From the IMG/VR virus record IMGVR_UViG_3300020463_000001, positions 128,001-192,000 of that record: DNA of 64,000 bases; one strand, 5' to 3'. The position numbers and the translations under genes are program-made. Below, piece after piece: positions 54,803-63,928 of this stretch (positions are counted from its first letter, which is position 1; the number at the start of each line of letters is the position of its first letter). The notes under the pieces were generated by a model. It saw only the letters and a list, made by a program, of their open reading frames with translations. It was not told the origin of the DNA and made no database searches. This stretch comes from a virus. Its lineage: Duplodnaviria > Caudoviricetes.

Positions 54803-55144
54803 ATGTCAGCACAAGACGGCGTGGACAGTGTAGAAGACTTTCAAGATTCTGTTAAACAGAACACAGATAGGATACATTCTATGGAACAAAGAATACAAAC
54901 AGTCGCAATGGTTTTGATTGTTGGTTTTTTGACATGGGTTGGCACTGGATTGGTAGATGTAAAAGTAGGACTCGCTCAAGTTTTATCTGAGTCCGTATCA
55001 CTGAGAGGTTCACTCGATTCTCAGGGTAGAAGGTTGGTTGATATTGAAAAGGATATTCAAGAGATCAATAAAGAGATGGCAAGTTACATCACCAGAGACG
55101 AATTTAGAGAAGAATTAAAAGAATTGAAGGAAAGTAAAGATTGA
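54803..55144 (+). CDS. single-TM coiled-coil protein, possible holin/antiholin
   Basis: Hydrophobic VAMVLIVGFLTWVG; adjacent to spanins. Confidence 0.4.
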   Translation: MSAQDGVDSVEDFQDSVKQNTDRIHSMEQRIQTVAMVLIVGFLTWVGTGLVDVKVGLAQVLSESVSLRGSLDSQGRRLVDIEKDIQEINKEMASYITRDEFREELKELKESKD

Positions 55145-55169
55145 CAAGACACAAATAAGAGTGTAGAAT
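55141..55169 (+). promoter_or_regulatory. sigma70-type promoter
   Basis: TTGACA-N17-TAGAAT with TG extension. Confidence 0.85.
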
Positions 55170-55193
55170 GGTTTCTAAAATTCGTACACCCTT

Positions 55194-56279
55194 ATGTTAT
55201 ATATTGATCATACCTACATAAATCTAGTTGGTAGTAAACTAGAAAGATTTGCAAAGAAACGAGATAACCTATACAATTGTAGGTGCCCTCTATGTGGTGA
55301 TTCTCAAAAACACTCTTATAAAGCCAGAGGGTTCTTCTTTGAGAAGAAGAGTAAGTTCTTCTATATGTGTCATAATTGTGGTGCGTCCATGTCTCTTGGT
55401 AAGTTCTTAAGTATAGTTGATGGAGAAATTCATAAACAATATAGACTTGAGAAGTGGAAAGATAATAATCCAAAGAAAGAACAAAAGAAGGAAGAACATA
55501 AACCTCTAAAGTTCTATTACGATTTTAGGGATAATTCAGTACTTGTTAAAGAAGAACAGACCGAGTTCAATATAGACTTCAAGGCAAAGTTCAAAGACAA
55601 ATTACAGGGTATGACTCCAATTAAAAAGTTGGATGATTCACACCCAGCCAAACGATATTTGGTAAACAGAAAAATTCCTAACTTGGATGTATTATATTAT
55701 ACTGAAGACTTTAAGTCAACAGTCAATACATTACTTTCTAAGTTTGGTGACAATTCTAGATTGTATGACAGACTTGTAGATAATGAAAAACGGATTGTAA
55801 TTCCCTTCTTCAACGAAAACAAGAAACTTGTCGCATTACAGGGTAGAGCATTAGACTCTTCTGGTATGCGATATATTACTATCAAGATAGATGAAGACGC
55901 AGAAAAGATCTATGGATTGGAGAGAGTAGATAAGAGTAAAACTGTATATGTGACAGAGGGCCCAATCGATTCTTTGTTTCTTGATAATGCAATCGCAATG
56001 GCGGGTAGTGATGTTGGTTTGAAGTACTTTGACAAGTTCAGTGACGTTGTTTTTGTGTTCGATAATGAACCCAGAAACCCCCAAATTGTCAAGAGAATGT
56101 TGAATGTAATCCAGACGGGATTTAGTATTTTTGTCTGGCCAAATAAAATAAAAGAAAAAGATATAAATGATGTGATACTGTCAGGAATGAGTGTTTTAGA
56201 ATTACAAGACATTATAAGTAAAAACACATCAAATGGATTAGAAGCGAAATTAAAAATTTCCGCATGGAAAAAGTGTTAA
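55194..56279 (+). CDS. gp61: DNA primase
   Basis: CRCPLCGDS...CHNC zinc finger; TOPRIM VTEGPIDSLF; DNEPRN; KDIND. Confidence 0.97.
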   Translation: MLYIDHTYINLVGSKLERFAKKRDNLYNCRCPLCGDSQKHSYKARGFFFEKKSKFFYMCHNCGASMSLGKFLSIVDGEIHKQYRLEKWKDNNPKKEQKKEEHKPLKFYYDFRDNSVLVKEEQTEFNIDFKAKFKDKLQGMTPIKKLDDSHPAKRYLVNRKIPNLDVLYYTEDFKSTVNTLLSKFGDNSRLYDRLVDNEKRIVIPFFNENKKLVALQGRALDSSGMRYITIKIDEDAEKIYGLERVDKSKTVYVTEGPIDSLFLDNAIAMAGSDVGLKYFDKFSDVVFVFDNEPRNPQIVKRMLNVIQTGFSIFVWPNKIKEKDINDVILSGMSVLELQDIISKNTSNGLEAKLKISAWKKC

Positions 56280-56290
56280 GGTGAGTACGG

Positions 56291-58048
56291 ATGAAGTTGA
56301 GATTAGAATATGAGAGAGATGAGAAGTTATCAGAACAGTCCTACAAATTATTGAAAGATTATTATTGCATTGAAGGTGAAAATTCCCCCCAAGATTCATT
56401 CGCAAGAGCCGCAGTATCGTACTCTTACGGAGATAAAAAACTCGCCCAGAGAATATATGAAGGTGCGTCGAAGGGTTGGTTTATGTTCTCTTCACCAGTA
56501 TTATCTAACGCACCGAAACAAGGAAAACAACCAAAGTCCCTGCCGATTTCTTGTTTTCTCTCATATGTTCCAGACACACTAGAAGGTCTTATTTCGCACT
56601 CATCTGAATTGAGATGGTTGTCAGTGAAGGGTGGTGGTGTTGGTGGTCACTGGAGCACTGTCCGTTCAGTCTCTGATAAAGCACCCGGCCCTATTCCCTT
56701 TATGCACACCGTAGATGCGGATATGACAGCGTACAGACAGGGCAAAACTAGGAAGGGGTCTTATGCAGCATACCTTGATATAGACCATCCAGACATCTTA
56801 GAGTTCGTAGGAATGCGTACTCCAACTGGTGATGTGAACAGAAAGAATCTTAATCTACATCACGCAGTCAATATAACCGACAAGTTCATGGAAGCAGTCA
56901 AAGAAAATTTAGACTGGGATTTAATTGACCCAAATGAAAAGACTGCAAAGGATACAATACGGGCTAGAAAGTTATGGGAGACTATTCTGGAAACCCGATA
57001 TAGAACCGGAGAACCATATTTAAACTTCATCGATACCGCAAATCGATCACTCCCAAAAGAGATGAAGAAGAAAGGATTAAAGATACATGGGTCTAACTTA
57101 TGTAACGAGATTCATTTACCTACAAGCGAAGATAGAACCGCTGTTTGTTGTTTGTCATCACTAAATATCGAGAAATATGACGAATGGAAAGAATCTAATA
57201 TTGTCAGAGATTTGATTAGATTCTTGGATAATGTATTACAATATTTTATAGACCATGCCGGAGATGAGATATCAAAGGCAAAATACTCCGCACAGATGGA
57301 GAGGTCTCTGGGATTGGGTGCAATGGGATTGCATTCCTATTTCCATAAAAATAGAGTCTCTTTCGATTCGGAAGAAGCAAGAGAAATGAACAATGAGATA
57401 TTTAAGTTCATTAAAGATCAGGCTTCAGAAGAATCTAAGTTACTCGCTGAAGAAAGAGGGGAGTGTCCGGACATGGAAGGTTCTGGACTTCGTAACTCAC
57501 ATTTATTGGCTATTGCGCCCAATGCGAATAGTTCAATTATTGTGAATACTTCTCCCTCAATTGAACCTCTGAAGGCAAACGCCTATACCCATAGAACCAG
57601 AGTTGGTTCACATTTGGTTAGGAACAGATACTTAGAGGAAGAATTGGAAAAAATCGATAAAAGTACTGACGAAGTATGGAGTTCGATAATCACTAATGGT
57701 GGTTCTGTACAACACCTAGCATTCTTAAGTGATCATCTTAAAGAGGTATTTAAGACTGCGATAGAAATTGATCAGATGGCATTGATAGAACAAGCAGCAG
57801 ACCGACAGAATTATCTCTGTCAGGGACAGTCGTTGAATATATTCTTTCCGCCATCTGCAGATAAATCGTATATACATAAAGTCCATTATAGAGCTTGGGA
57901 AAGTGGATGTAAAGGACTTTACTACTTGAGAACTGAGAGTTCAAGTAGAGCAGAGAATGTTGCACAAAAGGTTACTAGAATTGCATTGAAGGATTACGAA
58001 ACTCCAACCGATGAAAGTCAGGAAGAATGTGAAGCCTGTCAAGGTTAG
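56291..58048 (+). CDS. nrdA: ribonucleotide reductase class I alpha subunit (no ATP cone)
   Basis: PISCFL, SNLCNE, IAPNANSS, GLYYLR, C-term CEACQG. Confidence 0.96.
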   Translation: MKLRLEYERDEKLSEQSYKLLKDYYCIEGENSPQDSFARAAVSYSYGDKKLAQRIYEGASKGWFMFSSPVLSNAPKQGKQPKSLPISCFLSYVPDTLEGLISHSSELRWLSVKGGGVGGHWSTVRSVSDKAPGPIPFMHTVDADMTAYRQGKTRKGSYAAYLDIDHPDILEFVGMRTPTGDVNRKNLNLHHAVNITDKFMEAVKENLDWDLIDPNEKTAKDTIRARKLWETILETRYRTGEPYLNFIDTANRSLPKEMKKKGLKIHGSNLCNEIHLPTSEDRTAVCCLSSLNIEKYDEWKESNIVRDLIRFLDNVLQYFIDHAGDEISKAKYSAQMERSLGLGAMGLHSYFHKNRVSFDSEEAREMNNEIFKFIKDQASEESKLLAEERGECPDMEGSGLRNSHLLAIAPNANSSIIVNTSPSIEPLKANAYTHRTRVGSHLVRNRYLEEELEKIDKSTDEVWSSIITNGGSVQHLAFLSDHLKEVFKTAIEIDQMALIEQAADRQNYLCQGQSLNIFFPPSADKSYIHKVHYRAWESGCKGLYYLRTESSSRAENVAQKVTRIALKDYETPTDESQEECEACQG

Positions 58049-58057
58049 GAGAAAAAT

Positions 58058-59296
58058 ATGGATGTATCTATCTATTCAAAATCGGGTTGTCCCTTTTGCG
58101 TAAAGGCAAAAGATTGGTTTGAAGATTTTGATATTAAATATACAGAGGTTGTTCTTGATGATGAAGAACAGCGTCTATCATTTTATCAAAGAATAAATGG
58201 TTCAAAAGAAGTTCTAGGGACAGGTTCGTTCCCTAGAAGAGTTAACTCTATGCCTCAGATATTTGTCGATGACAAACATATCGGTGGGTATGATGATTTG
58301 ATGGTTAGTGCAGATAAGATACTGAAGAAAGTATCTGGTGGATTGACAAAAGTATCTCAGACATATAAACCATTCTTTTATCCTTGGGCAGTAGAACTGA
58401 CTACGAAACATGAAAAAGTTCACTGGATCGAAGATGAAGTTGACCTATCCGAAGATGTGATGGATTGGAAGACTGGTAGGGTGTCAGAAACAGAAAAGGA
58501 ATACATAACAAACATCCTTAGATTGTTTACTCAATCAGATGTGGAAGTTGGTAAGAACTATTACGATCAATTCATTCCCAGAATTAAGAATAATGAAGTT
58601 CGTAATATGTTGGGGTCATTCGCTGCGAGAGAAGGTATCCATCAAAGGGCCTACGCACTGTTAAACGAGACTCTTGGATTGCCTGATAGTGAGTATCACG
58701 CATTCTTGGAGTATCAGGAAATGACCGACAAGGTAGAGTTCATGACAGACTCCGATCCTTCTACTGTAAGAGGTTTGGGGCTCGCCTTCGCAAAATCTGT
58801 ATTCAACGAAGGTGTCGCACTGTTTGCCTCATTCGTAATGTTGCTCAACTTCCAGAGATATGGAAAGATGAAAGGAATGGGTAAGGTCGTAGAGTGGTCT
58901 ATCAGAGACGAATCTATGCACGTTGAGGGAAACGCAAATCTATTCAGATCATACTGTTCAGAACATCCAAGAATTGTAGATGATTCCTTTAAGAAAGAAA
59001 TTTATGAAATGTCCAAGACTGCAGTTAAGTTAGAAGATAAGTTTATTGACTTGGCTTACAGTCTAGGAGATATTGATGGACTGTCTTCAAATGAGGTGAA
59101 AGTTTATATTAGATATATAACTGATAGAAGATTACTTCAATTGGGACTAAAACCTGTGTTTAAGGTAAAAACGAATCCTCTTCCTTGGTTGGAATGGATT
59201 CTAAATGGCGCAGATCACACCAACTTCTTCGAAAATAGGGTTACGGAATACGAAGTTGCAGGGCTGGTTGGAAGTTGGGATGATGCCTACGCATAA
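58058..59296 (+). CDS. nrdB: glutaredoxin-NrdB fusion (RNR beta subunit)
   Basis: N-term YSKSGCPFC...MPQIFVDDKHIGGYD (Grx); FTQSD, EGIH, DESMH, TNFFE (R2). Confidence 0.94.
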   Translation: MDVSIYSKSGCPFCVKAKDWFEDFDIKYTEVVLDDEEQRLSFYQRINGSKEVLGTGSFPRRVNSMPQIFVDDKHIGGYDDLMVSADKILKKVSGGLTKVSQTYKPFFYPWAVELTTKHEKVHWIEDEVDLSEDVMDWKTGRVSETEKEYITNILRLFTQSDVEVGKNYYDQFIPRIKNNEVRNMLGSFAAREGIHQRAYALLNETLGLPDSEYHAFLEYQEMTDKVEFMTDSDPSTVRGLGLAFAKSVFNEGVALFASFVMLLNFQRYGKMKGMGKVVEWSIRDESMHVEGNANLFRSYCSEHPRIVDDSFKKEIYEMSKTAVKLEDKFIDLAYSLGDIDGLSSNEVKVYIRYITDRRLLQLGLKPVFKVKTNPLPWLEWILNGADHTNFFENRVTEYEVAGLVGSWDDAYA

Positions 59297-59308
59297 ATAG
59301 GAATGTAG

Positions 59309-59521
59309 ATGTCAAGAGATAACGCATTAGAGATTCTAGAGTGTCGTTATTGTTCTTGTTACTTTGAAATATTTTTAAGAAATATAGATGATAGTGTGAA
59401 TTATTGCCCGAATTGTGGAGAACAAATTTCGGGCAGTTACTCTTTAGAAGATGATGAAGATGAAGATGAAGATGAGGGTAGAGATTTATATAATGAAACT
59501 AATAGGTTATGGTCAGATTAG
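59309..59521 (+). CDS. zinc-ribbon protein with acidic tail
   Basis: CRYC...CPNCG. Confidence 0.6.
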   Translation: MSRDNALEILECRYCSCYFEIFLRNIDDSVNYCPNCGEQISGSYSLEDDEDEDEDEGRDLYNETNRLWSD

Positions 59522-60078
59522 GCGGAATTGATTACAGTTTAACATCACCATCTGTATGTGTATACACAGGAGAACCAGAAGATTTTTCATTTGAGTCTTG
59601 TGGTGTGTACTTCCTGTCACCTACTAAAAAATATTCAGAGTATTCTTTCAAGAACATAGACGGTCAATCGACAATATTTACTTATGAGTATCCCGAAGAG
59701 AGATATGATTTTATATCCGATTGGGCGATAGATATTGTATTGACAAACGAGATAGAATCTGTTTATATAGAAGATTATAGTTATAACTCTACAGGAAAGG
59801 TATTTCATATCGCAGAAAACTGTGGCCTTCTGAAGTGGAAACTATGGAATTCGGAGATAGATTATCATCTAGTATCACCAGCGGAGATTAAAAAGTTCGC
59901 TTCTGGTAAAGGAAATGCGAATAAAGAACTGATGTATGAGAGTTTTATTTCTTCTACAGATGTTGATCTGAAGCAGTATCTAGAATCTAAATCTACAAAA
60001 ATAGGAAATCCAATATCGGATATCATAGATTCCTATTATATTTGCAAATATGGTATAAATTTACTTGACAAAGACTAG
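59509..60078 (+). CDS. RuvC-like Holliday junction resolvase/nuclease
   Basis: GIDYSLT, YIEDY, KKFASGKGNANKE, DIIDS. Confidence 0.8.
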   Translation: MVRLGGIDYSLTSPSVCVYTGEPEDFSFESCGVYFLSPTKKYSEYSFKNIDGQSTIFTYEYPEERYDFISDWAIDIVLTNEIESVYIEDYSYNSTGKVFHIAENCGLLKWKLWNSEIDYHLVSPAEIKKFASGKGNANKELMYESFISSTDVDLKQYLESKSTKIGNPISDIIDSYYICKYGINLLDKD

Positions 60079-60093
60079 ATTATTCTATAGAAT
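60065..60093 (+). promoter_or_regulatory. sigma70-type promoter
   Basis: TTGACA-N17-TAGAAT. Confidence 0.85.
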
Positions 60094-60120
60094 GGTCTTA
60101 TCTTTTAATTGAGTAAATTT

Positions 60121-60420
60121 ATGCAGATAATTTACGGCAGCATGAGACACGATCCATCAGGTAGAAAACGGAAAACGTCTCGCAAATCTACTAAAAAATA
60201 CCAACAAGAATTTCGTCCGCTCAAGACTAAACCTAATGTCCTTAGACAAGAAACTGTTTATCCTTCTAGAGAGTTGACAAGTTCGACTACTTGTGGTATG
60301 ATAGAAAAACAAAAATATACAGGCGATTCTATTGTAGGTATCGCCACTATGCATAAGTCTAACGCAGTCCCAGTTACAAGTGCAAAATACGCAGAAGAAA
60401 TATCAAGGATGGGGAAATGA
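60121..60420 (+). CDS. conserved basic hypothetical protein
   Basis: YTG..IVGIATMHKSNAVPV. Confidence 0.6.
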   Translation: MQIIYGSMRHDPSGRKRKTSRKSTKKYQQEFRPLKTKPNVLRQETVYPSRELTSSTTCGMIEKQKYTGDSIVGIATMHKSNAVPVTSAKYAEEISRMGK

Positions 60421-60971
60421 ATGTATTTGTATTAAGTCGCGATCCGGTTGAGGCAGCACAACAACAGTGTGATAAACACATTCCGAAGATGGTTGTTGAA
60501 TCAGCTCAGATGCTCTCAACAGTCCATCGTATACTGGATGGAGTTGAAATGTTGAAACCATCTGTATCCGGAAAAACACAAGTAAAGTATTATATGTTGC
60601 CGGACAATAGAGAACTAACTCTATACAAGGCTGTTCATCATAAACATCCATGCACTGTATGGACTGGTGAATCTTTCATCAATTACAGGTGGCACTGGAA
60701 ACATTTTTCTGCGCTCTGTGACGAATATACGCACCGCTACGGTAAGGTTCACGCAACTGATACGAAACTACGAGAAGAACTGGAAAGGATGCCAGACAAC
60801 ATCCCACGCACCAGAATGACCGATTTTAAACTGGCAATGCAGTCAAATCCAGAGTGTATGTTCCCAGAAGATCCTGTTAAGTCATATCAAAAATTTTACA
60901 TGACAAAACAGAAAAGATTCAATATGAAATGGACTAACAGAAAAGTACCGGAGTGGTTTAAGTATGAGTGA
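60417..60971 (+). CDS. pyrimidine-dimer DNA glycosylase family (DenV-like)
   Basis: MNVFVL..DP..AAQ..CDKH..KM..ESAQML; H.HPCT.W; EYT.RYGK.H. Confidence 0.8.
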   Translation: MNVFVLSRDPVEAAQQQCDKHIPKMVVESAQMLSTVHRILDGVEMLKPSVSGKTQVKYYMLPDNRELTLYKAVHHKHPCTVWTGESFINYRWHWKHFSALCDEYTHRYGKVHATDTKLREELERMPDNIPRTRMTDFKLAMQSNPECMFPEDPVKSYQKFYMTKQKRFNMKWTNRKVPEWFKYE

Positions 60972-61251
60972 ATTTATTGGAAAGATTGGTGAAAGGGCTC
61001 TTTGGTTCGCAAAGATCATCGAAAAGAAAGATGTCAATACTCACTATGGAGCAAGCACAGTCTATAGCGTTGTGACCCAGACCGGAAGGTACGGATCATT
61101 CTTTGCTGATAACAATGATCAATTAGATGTTGATATTTGTTTTCATTTCAAAGGAACTGTCAAGTCTCATGATTTTAATCAATACACAAACAGAAATGAG
61201 ACAAAGTTCAATAGGGTATCGATTGGAGATGTCATAGGAAAAGCTTCTTGA
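60964..61251 (+). CDS. hypothetical protein (OB-fold-like)
   Basis: FIGKIGER...KGTVKSH..N.Y....ET.FNRV. Confidence 0.5.
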   Translation: MSEFIGKIGERALWFAKIIEKKDVNTHYGASTVYSVVTQTGRYGSFFADNNDQLDVDICFHFKGTVKSHDFNQYTNRNETKFNRVSIGDVIGKAS

Positions 61252-61276
61252 CAAACTCCGAATATCTCGGTATACT
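61248..61276 (+). promoter_or_regulatory. sigma70-type promoter
   Basis: TTGACA-N17-TATACT. Confidence 0.85.
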
Positions 61277-61304
61277 GTTCTACAATATAAAAATGGATTT
61301 CTAA

Positions 61305-62183
61305 ATGATTTTGGTTGATTTGAATCAAGTTGTAATATCTAACTTGATGACGCAGATAAACTCCTACCAAGAAACTGTCGATGAAAATTTAATTCGACAC
61401 ATGATTCTCAACAGCATTCTAAGTGTTAAAAAGAGGTTCTCTGGAGACTATGGAAATATTATCCTCTGTTGTGATAATAAAAATTTTTGGCGTAAGGAGA
61501 TTTATCCGTATTATAAAGCTTCTCGTAGGAAAATGCGTGAAGATTCTGATTATGATTGGAATCTTATCTTTAATACTATTACTGATGTAAAGAGAGATCT
61601 ACGAGAAGTTTTTCCTTACAAGATACTTGAAGTCGAACACGCAGAGGCAGATGATATAATCGGTGTTCTCACAAGACACTTTTCTTCAAGAGAAAAGATA
61701 CTGATCATCTCTAGTGACAAAGACTTCAAGCAACTTCAACGATACGAAGGAGTTGCACAATACAGTCCTATTTTGAAGAAATTTATCTCAACTTCCGATC
61801 CTTATAAATATATCAGAGAACATATTATTAGGGGCGATAGAGGTGATGGTATTCCCAATTTTTTGTCTCCAGATGATGTATTTGTGTCAGGTAAGAGACA
61901 GAAGGCCCTATCCAAAAATAAGATGGTAGATTGGTTGGACATAGACAGAGATCCAGAGGATTTCTGTGATTCGAATATGTTGAAGAATTACAAAAGAAAT
62001 CAGCAACTGGTCGATCTAACATTCGTTCCCGAAGAAATAGAGAATCAAATTCTCCAAGAGTATCAGAAACTTCCGACTGGTGACATGAAGAAAGTTTTTG
62101 ATTATTTTATTAAAAACAAGATGATTCTTCTTATGGATGAATTATCTGAGTTTAAAGAGGCAAATTATGAAGTTAGTATCTGA
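61305..62183 (+). CDS. rnh: T4 RNase H / 5'-3' exonuclease
   Basis: LVDLNQ, WRKE.YPYYK..R, EADDII, SSDKDFKQL, GDRGDGIPN. Confidence 0.96.
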   Translation: MILVDLNQVVISNLMTQINSYQETVDENLIRHMILNSILSVKKRFSGDYGNIILCCDNKNFWRKEIYPYYKASRRKMREDSDYDWNLIFNTITDVKRDLREVFPYKILEVEHAEADDIIGVLTRHFSSREKILIISSDKDFKQLQRYEGVAQYSPILKKFISTSDPYKYIREHIIRGDRGDGIPNFLSPDDVFVSGKRQKALSKNKMVDWLDIDRDPEDFCDSNMLKNYKRNQQLVDLTFVPEEIENQILQEYQKLPTGDMKKVFDYFIKNKMILLMDELSEFKEANYEVSI

Positions 62184-62589
62184 AATCTTTGAGGAAATAG
62201 AGTCCACACGATCTATTAATCAAAAGAAAGATATTCTATCCGGCCATAAAAGGACTGGATTCTTGAGTGTTTTACAACATATGTTCGATAGGAACATCAA
62301 GTTCGCTATCAAAAAAATTCCAGAATATCGCCCATCCAAGGCACCTCTAGGACTGGAAGACAGTTATCTAGAGAAAGCAATGAAAGATCTTAGACTGTTC
62401 TACACGGACAGCAACGTATCCGAAGAAAGAATGAAAATCATTCTTATTCAGATTCTTGAGAGTCTTAATCCCAAAGAGGCAGAAATCCTCTGTAAGATTA
62501 TCACTCGCAAGATAAAGGTTTCCGGTCTGACTGAGAGATTAGTTAGAGAAGTTCATCCAGACCTTCTACCGGAAGCAGTAGGGGAGTAA
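62167..62589 (+). CDS. conserved T4-like helical protein
   Basis: LVSEIFE...PEYRPS.APLG...QILESL.PKEAE; start ATG 62167. Confidence 0.6.
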   Translation: MKLVSEIFEEIESTRSINQKKDILSGHKRTGFLSVLQHMFDRNIKFAIKKIPEYRPSKAPLGLEDSYLEKAMKDLRLFYTDSNVSEERMKIILIQILESLNPKEAEILCKIITRKIKVSGLTERLVREVHPDLLPEAVGE

Positions 62590-62596
62590 TAGTCTG

Positions 62597-62758
62597 ATGA
62601 ATATGATGAGTAAATTCGTGAAAGGTTCATTTTTAGTTCTTGTTTTCGTTTTTATTATGTCATGTTTCAATCAAACTAATGCTTTAATCGATGACTTTGT
62701 TCATGTAAAATATAATGGGATAATTGATGAAAAACAAGAAAGATTTTCACAAAAATAA
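62597..62758 (+). CDS. small putative lipoprotein (53 aa, not in ORF track)
   Basis: MNMMSKFVKGSFLVLVFVFIMS-C; GGGGAG upstream. Confidence 0.45.
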   Translation: MNMMSKFVKGSFLVLVFVFIMSCFNQTNALIDDFVHVKYNGIIDEKQERFSQK

Positions 62759-62978
62759 TCGTCACCACAAAATAGAAAGTTATAAAAACTTTTCTAAAAA
62801 TCTAGTGGTCAAATTGCGGCCTATAATCAACTTTAGAAAGACTTGGGGATATGAAGTCAAACTTATTGACTTTGCTTCTGAGTGGTCTAGAGAAAATGGG
62901 CCAGAAGTAACCGCAAAGTTCTTTCTCAGAGAAAACGAAGCAAGAACTTATGCAAAAGAATTAGCAGGAGCTTCATAA
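62724..62978 (+). CDS. hypothetical protein (start uncertain)
   Basis: TAATG-coupled to the next gene. Confidence 0.45.
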   Translation: MMKNKKDFHKNNRHHKIESYKNFSKNLVVKLRPIINFRKTWGYEVKLIDFASEWSRENGPEVTAKFFLRENEARTYAKELAGAS

Positions 62979-63169
62979 TGCAAGATTTTGAAGAATATAT
63001 GCGTCCAGAAGATACGGAAAAGTGGAATAATGATCCATACTATGCCGGTTGGTTCTGGTCAAATGAAGAAAATGACTTCTTCCGATGGCCAACATTCGTT
63101 GCTAAGAGTCGTATGTATGACCTCAAAGCAACAGTAACATCAACAACTTATGATAGGAGTTTAGTTTAA
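62978..63169 (+). CDS. hypothetical protein
   Basis: AGGAG RBS; Trp-rich. Confidence 0.55.
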   Translation: MQDFEEYMRPEDTEKWNNDPYYAGWFWSNEENDFFRWPTFVAKSRMYDLKATVTSTTYDRSLV

Positions 63170-63172
63170 ATT

Positions 63173-63469
63173 ATGGCAAAAGGAAAGGGCGGATCTAAGA
63201 CCGCAAATATCTCATCTGGCCCAAAGGTATCTGCGGGCCCATCTAGGAGTCGTTGGGCAGGCGATCCTAATCGTCCAATGCAACGTGCGATGAACCAACT
63301 CAACGCATGGAAGAAAGGTAAGAATGTTGTTCTTACAGTTCCCAATCCGGACAAAAACGTAACCAATGCTCGGTACATCAAAGTGAATGCCAGAGAGTAT
63401 TGGGGTAGTCCTTTCAAGAAGCAACAACCTTCTAAGAAGGCTGTAGAGACCGAAAAGGGAGACGAATAA
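63173..63469 (+). CDS. conserved basic hypothetical protein
   Basis: LNAWKKGKNVVLTVPNPD. Confidence 0.55.
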   Translation: MAKGKGGSKTANISSGPKVSAGPSRSRWAGDPNRPMQRAMNQLNAWKKGKNVVLTVPNPDKNVTNARYIKVNAREYWGSPFKKQQPSKKAVETEKGDE

Positions 63470-63777
63470 TGACATTATCTAGAGGAGCAGTGGTGGCAAC
63501 TAGAACTAACTTGAAGTCGTTAACGAGACAAGAAATTGAAATGTCTCTCAAGAGGGGCAAGTTCTTGATAGATTTTACCAAAGTCAATGGAGATCAGAGA
63601 AAACTTCTCTGTACTCTATCTCAAAAGTTTATGCCCAAGGCAGAATTTAATGTCAGTCGGGTAGAAGCAAAACGACAAAAAAACACAGAAACTCTTTCCG
63701 TATGGGATTTAGAGTCTGAGTCTTGGAAGTCGTTTAGAATCAATTCTGTTAAATCATTGGAACAAGTGAATGACTAG
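63469..63777 (+). CDS. SH3/WYL-like beta-barrel protein (DUF2693-like)
   Basis: FTKVNGDQRKLLCTL; VWDLE..SWKSFR. Confidence 0.65.
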   Translation: MTLSRGAVVATRTNLKSLTRQEIEMSLKRGKFLIDFTKVNGDQRKLLCTLSQKFMPKAEFNVSRVEAKRQKNTETLSVWDLESESWKSFRINSVKSLEQVND

Positions 63778-63922
63778 AGAAGAAGAATTCGAAATCTATA
63801 AAAAGATTTACATCGATGTTTATCGTAAAAGATGGGGAAGAGATCCTCATATCATCCGAGGCAGTCTCTTCGTGGAAAGTCTCAAATATATCCTTAGTGC
63901 AGTTTACGAAGTAGACGTATAG
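63770..63922 (+). CDS. small hypothetical protein (50 aa, not in ORF track)
   Basis: MTREEEFEIYKKIYIDVYRKRWGRDP...; overlaps the upstream stop. Confidence 0.5.
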   Translation: MTREEEFEIYKKIYIDVYRKRWGRDPHIIRGSLFVESLKYILSAVYEVDV

Positions 63923-63928
63923 AACCAT

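Noticed and set aside
32942-59296. Inteins, group I introns or homing endonucleases in gp43, gp41, nrdA, nrdB
   Set aside because: The ORFs are continuous and of ordinary length, with no splicing or HNH/GIY-YIG/LAGLIDADG motifs seen.
43508-59299. Variant late boxes GATAAATA (43508, 54783) and CATAAATA (59292)
   Set aside because: One-mismatch matches are frequent in AT-rich DNA; not called without TSS data.
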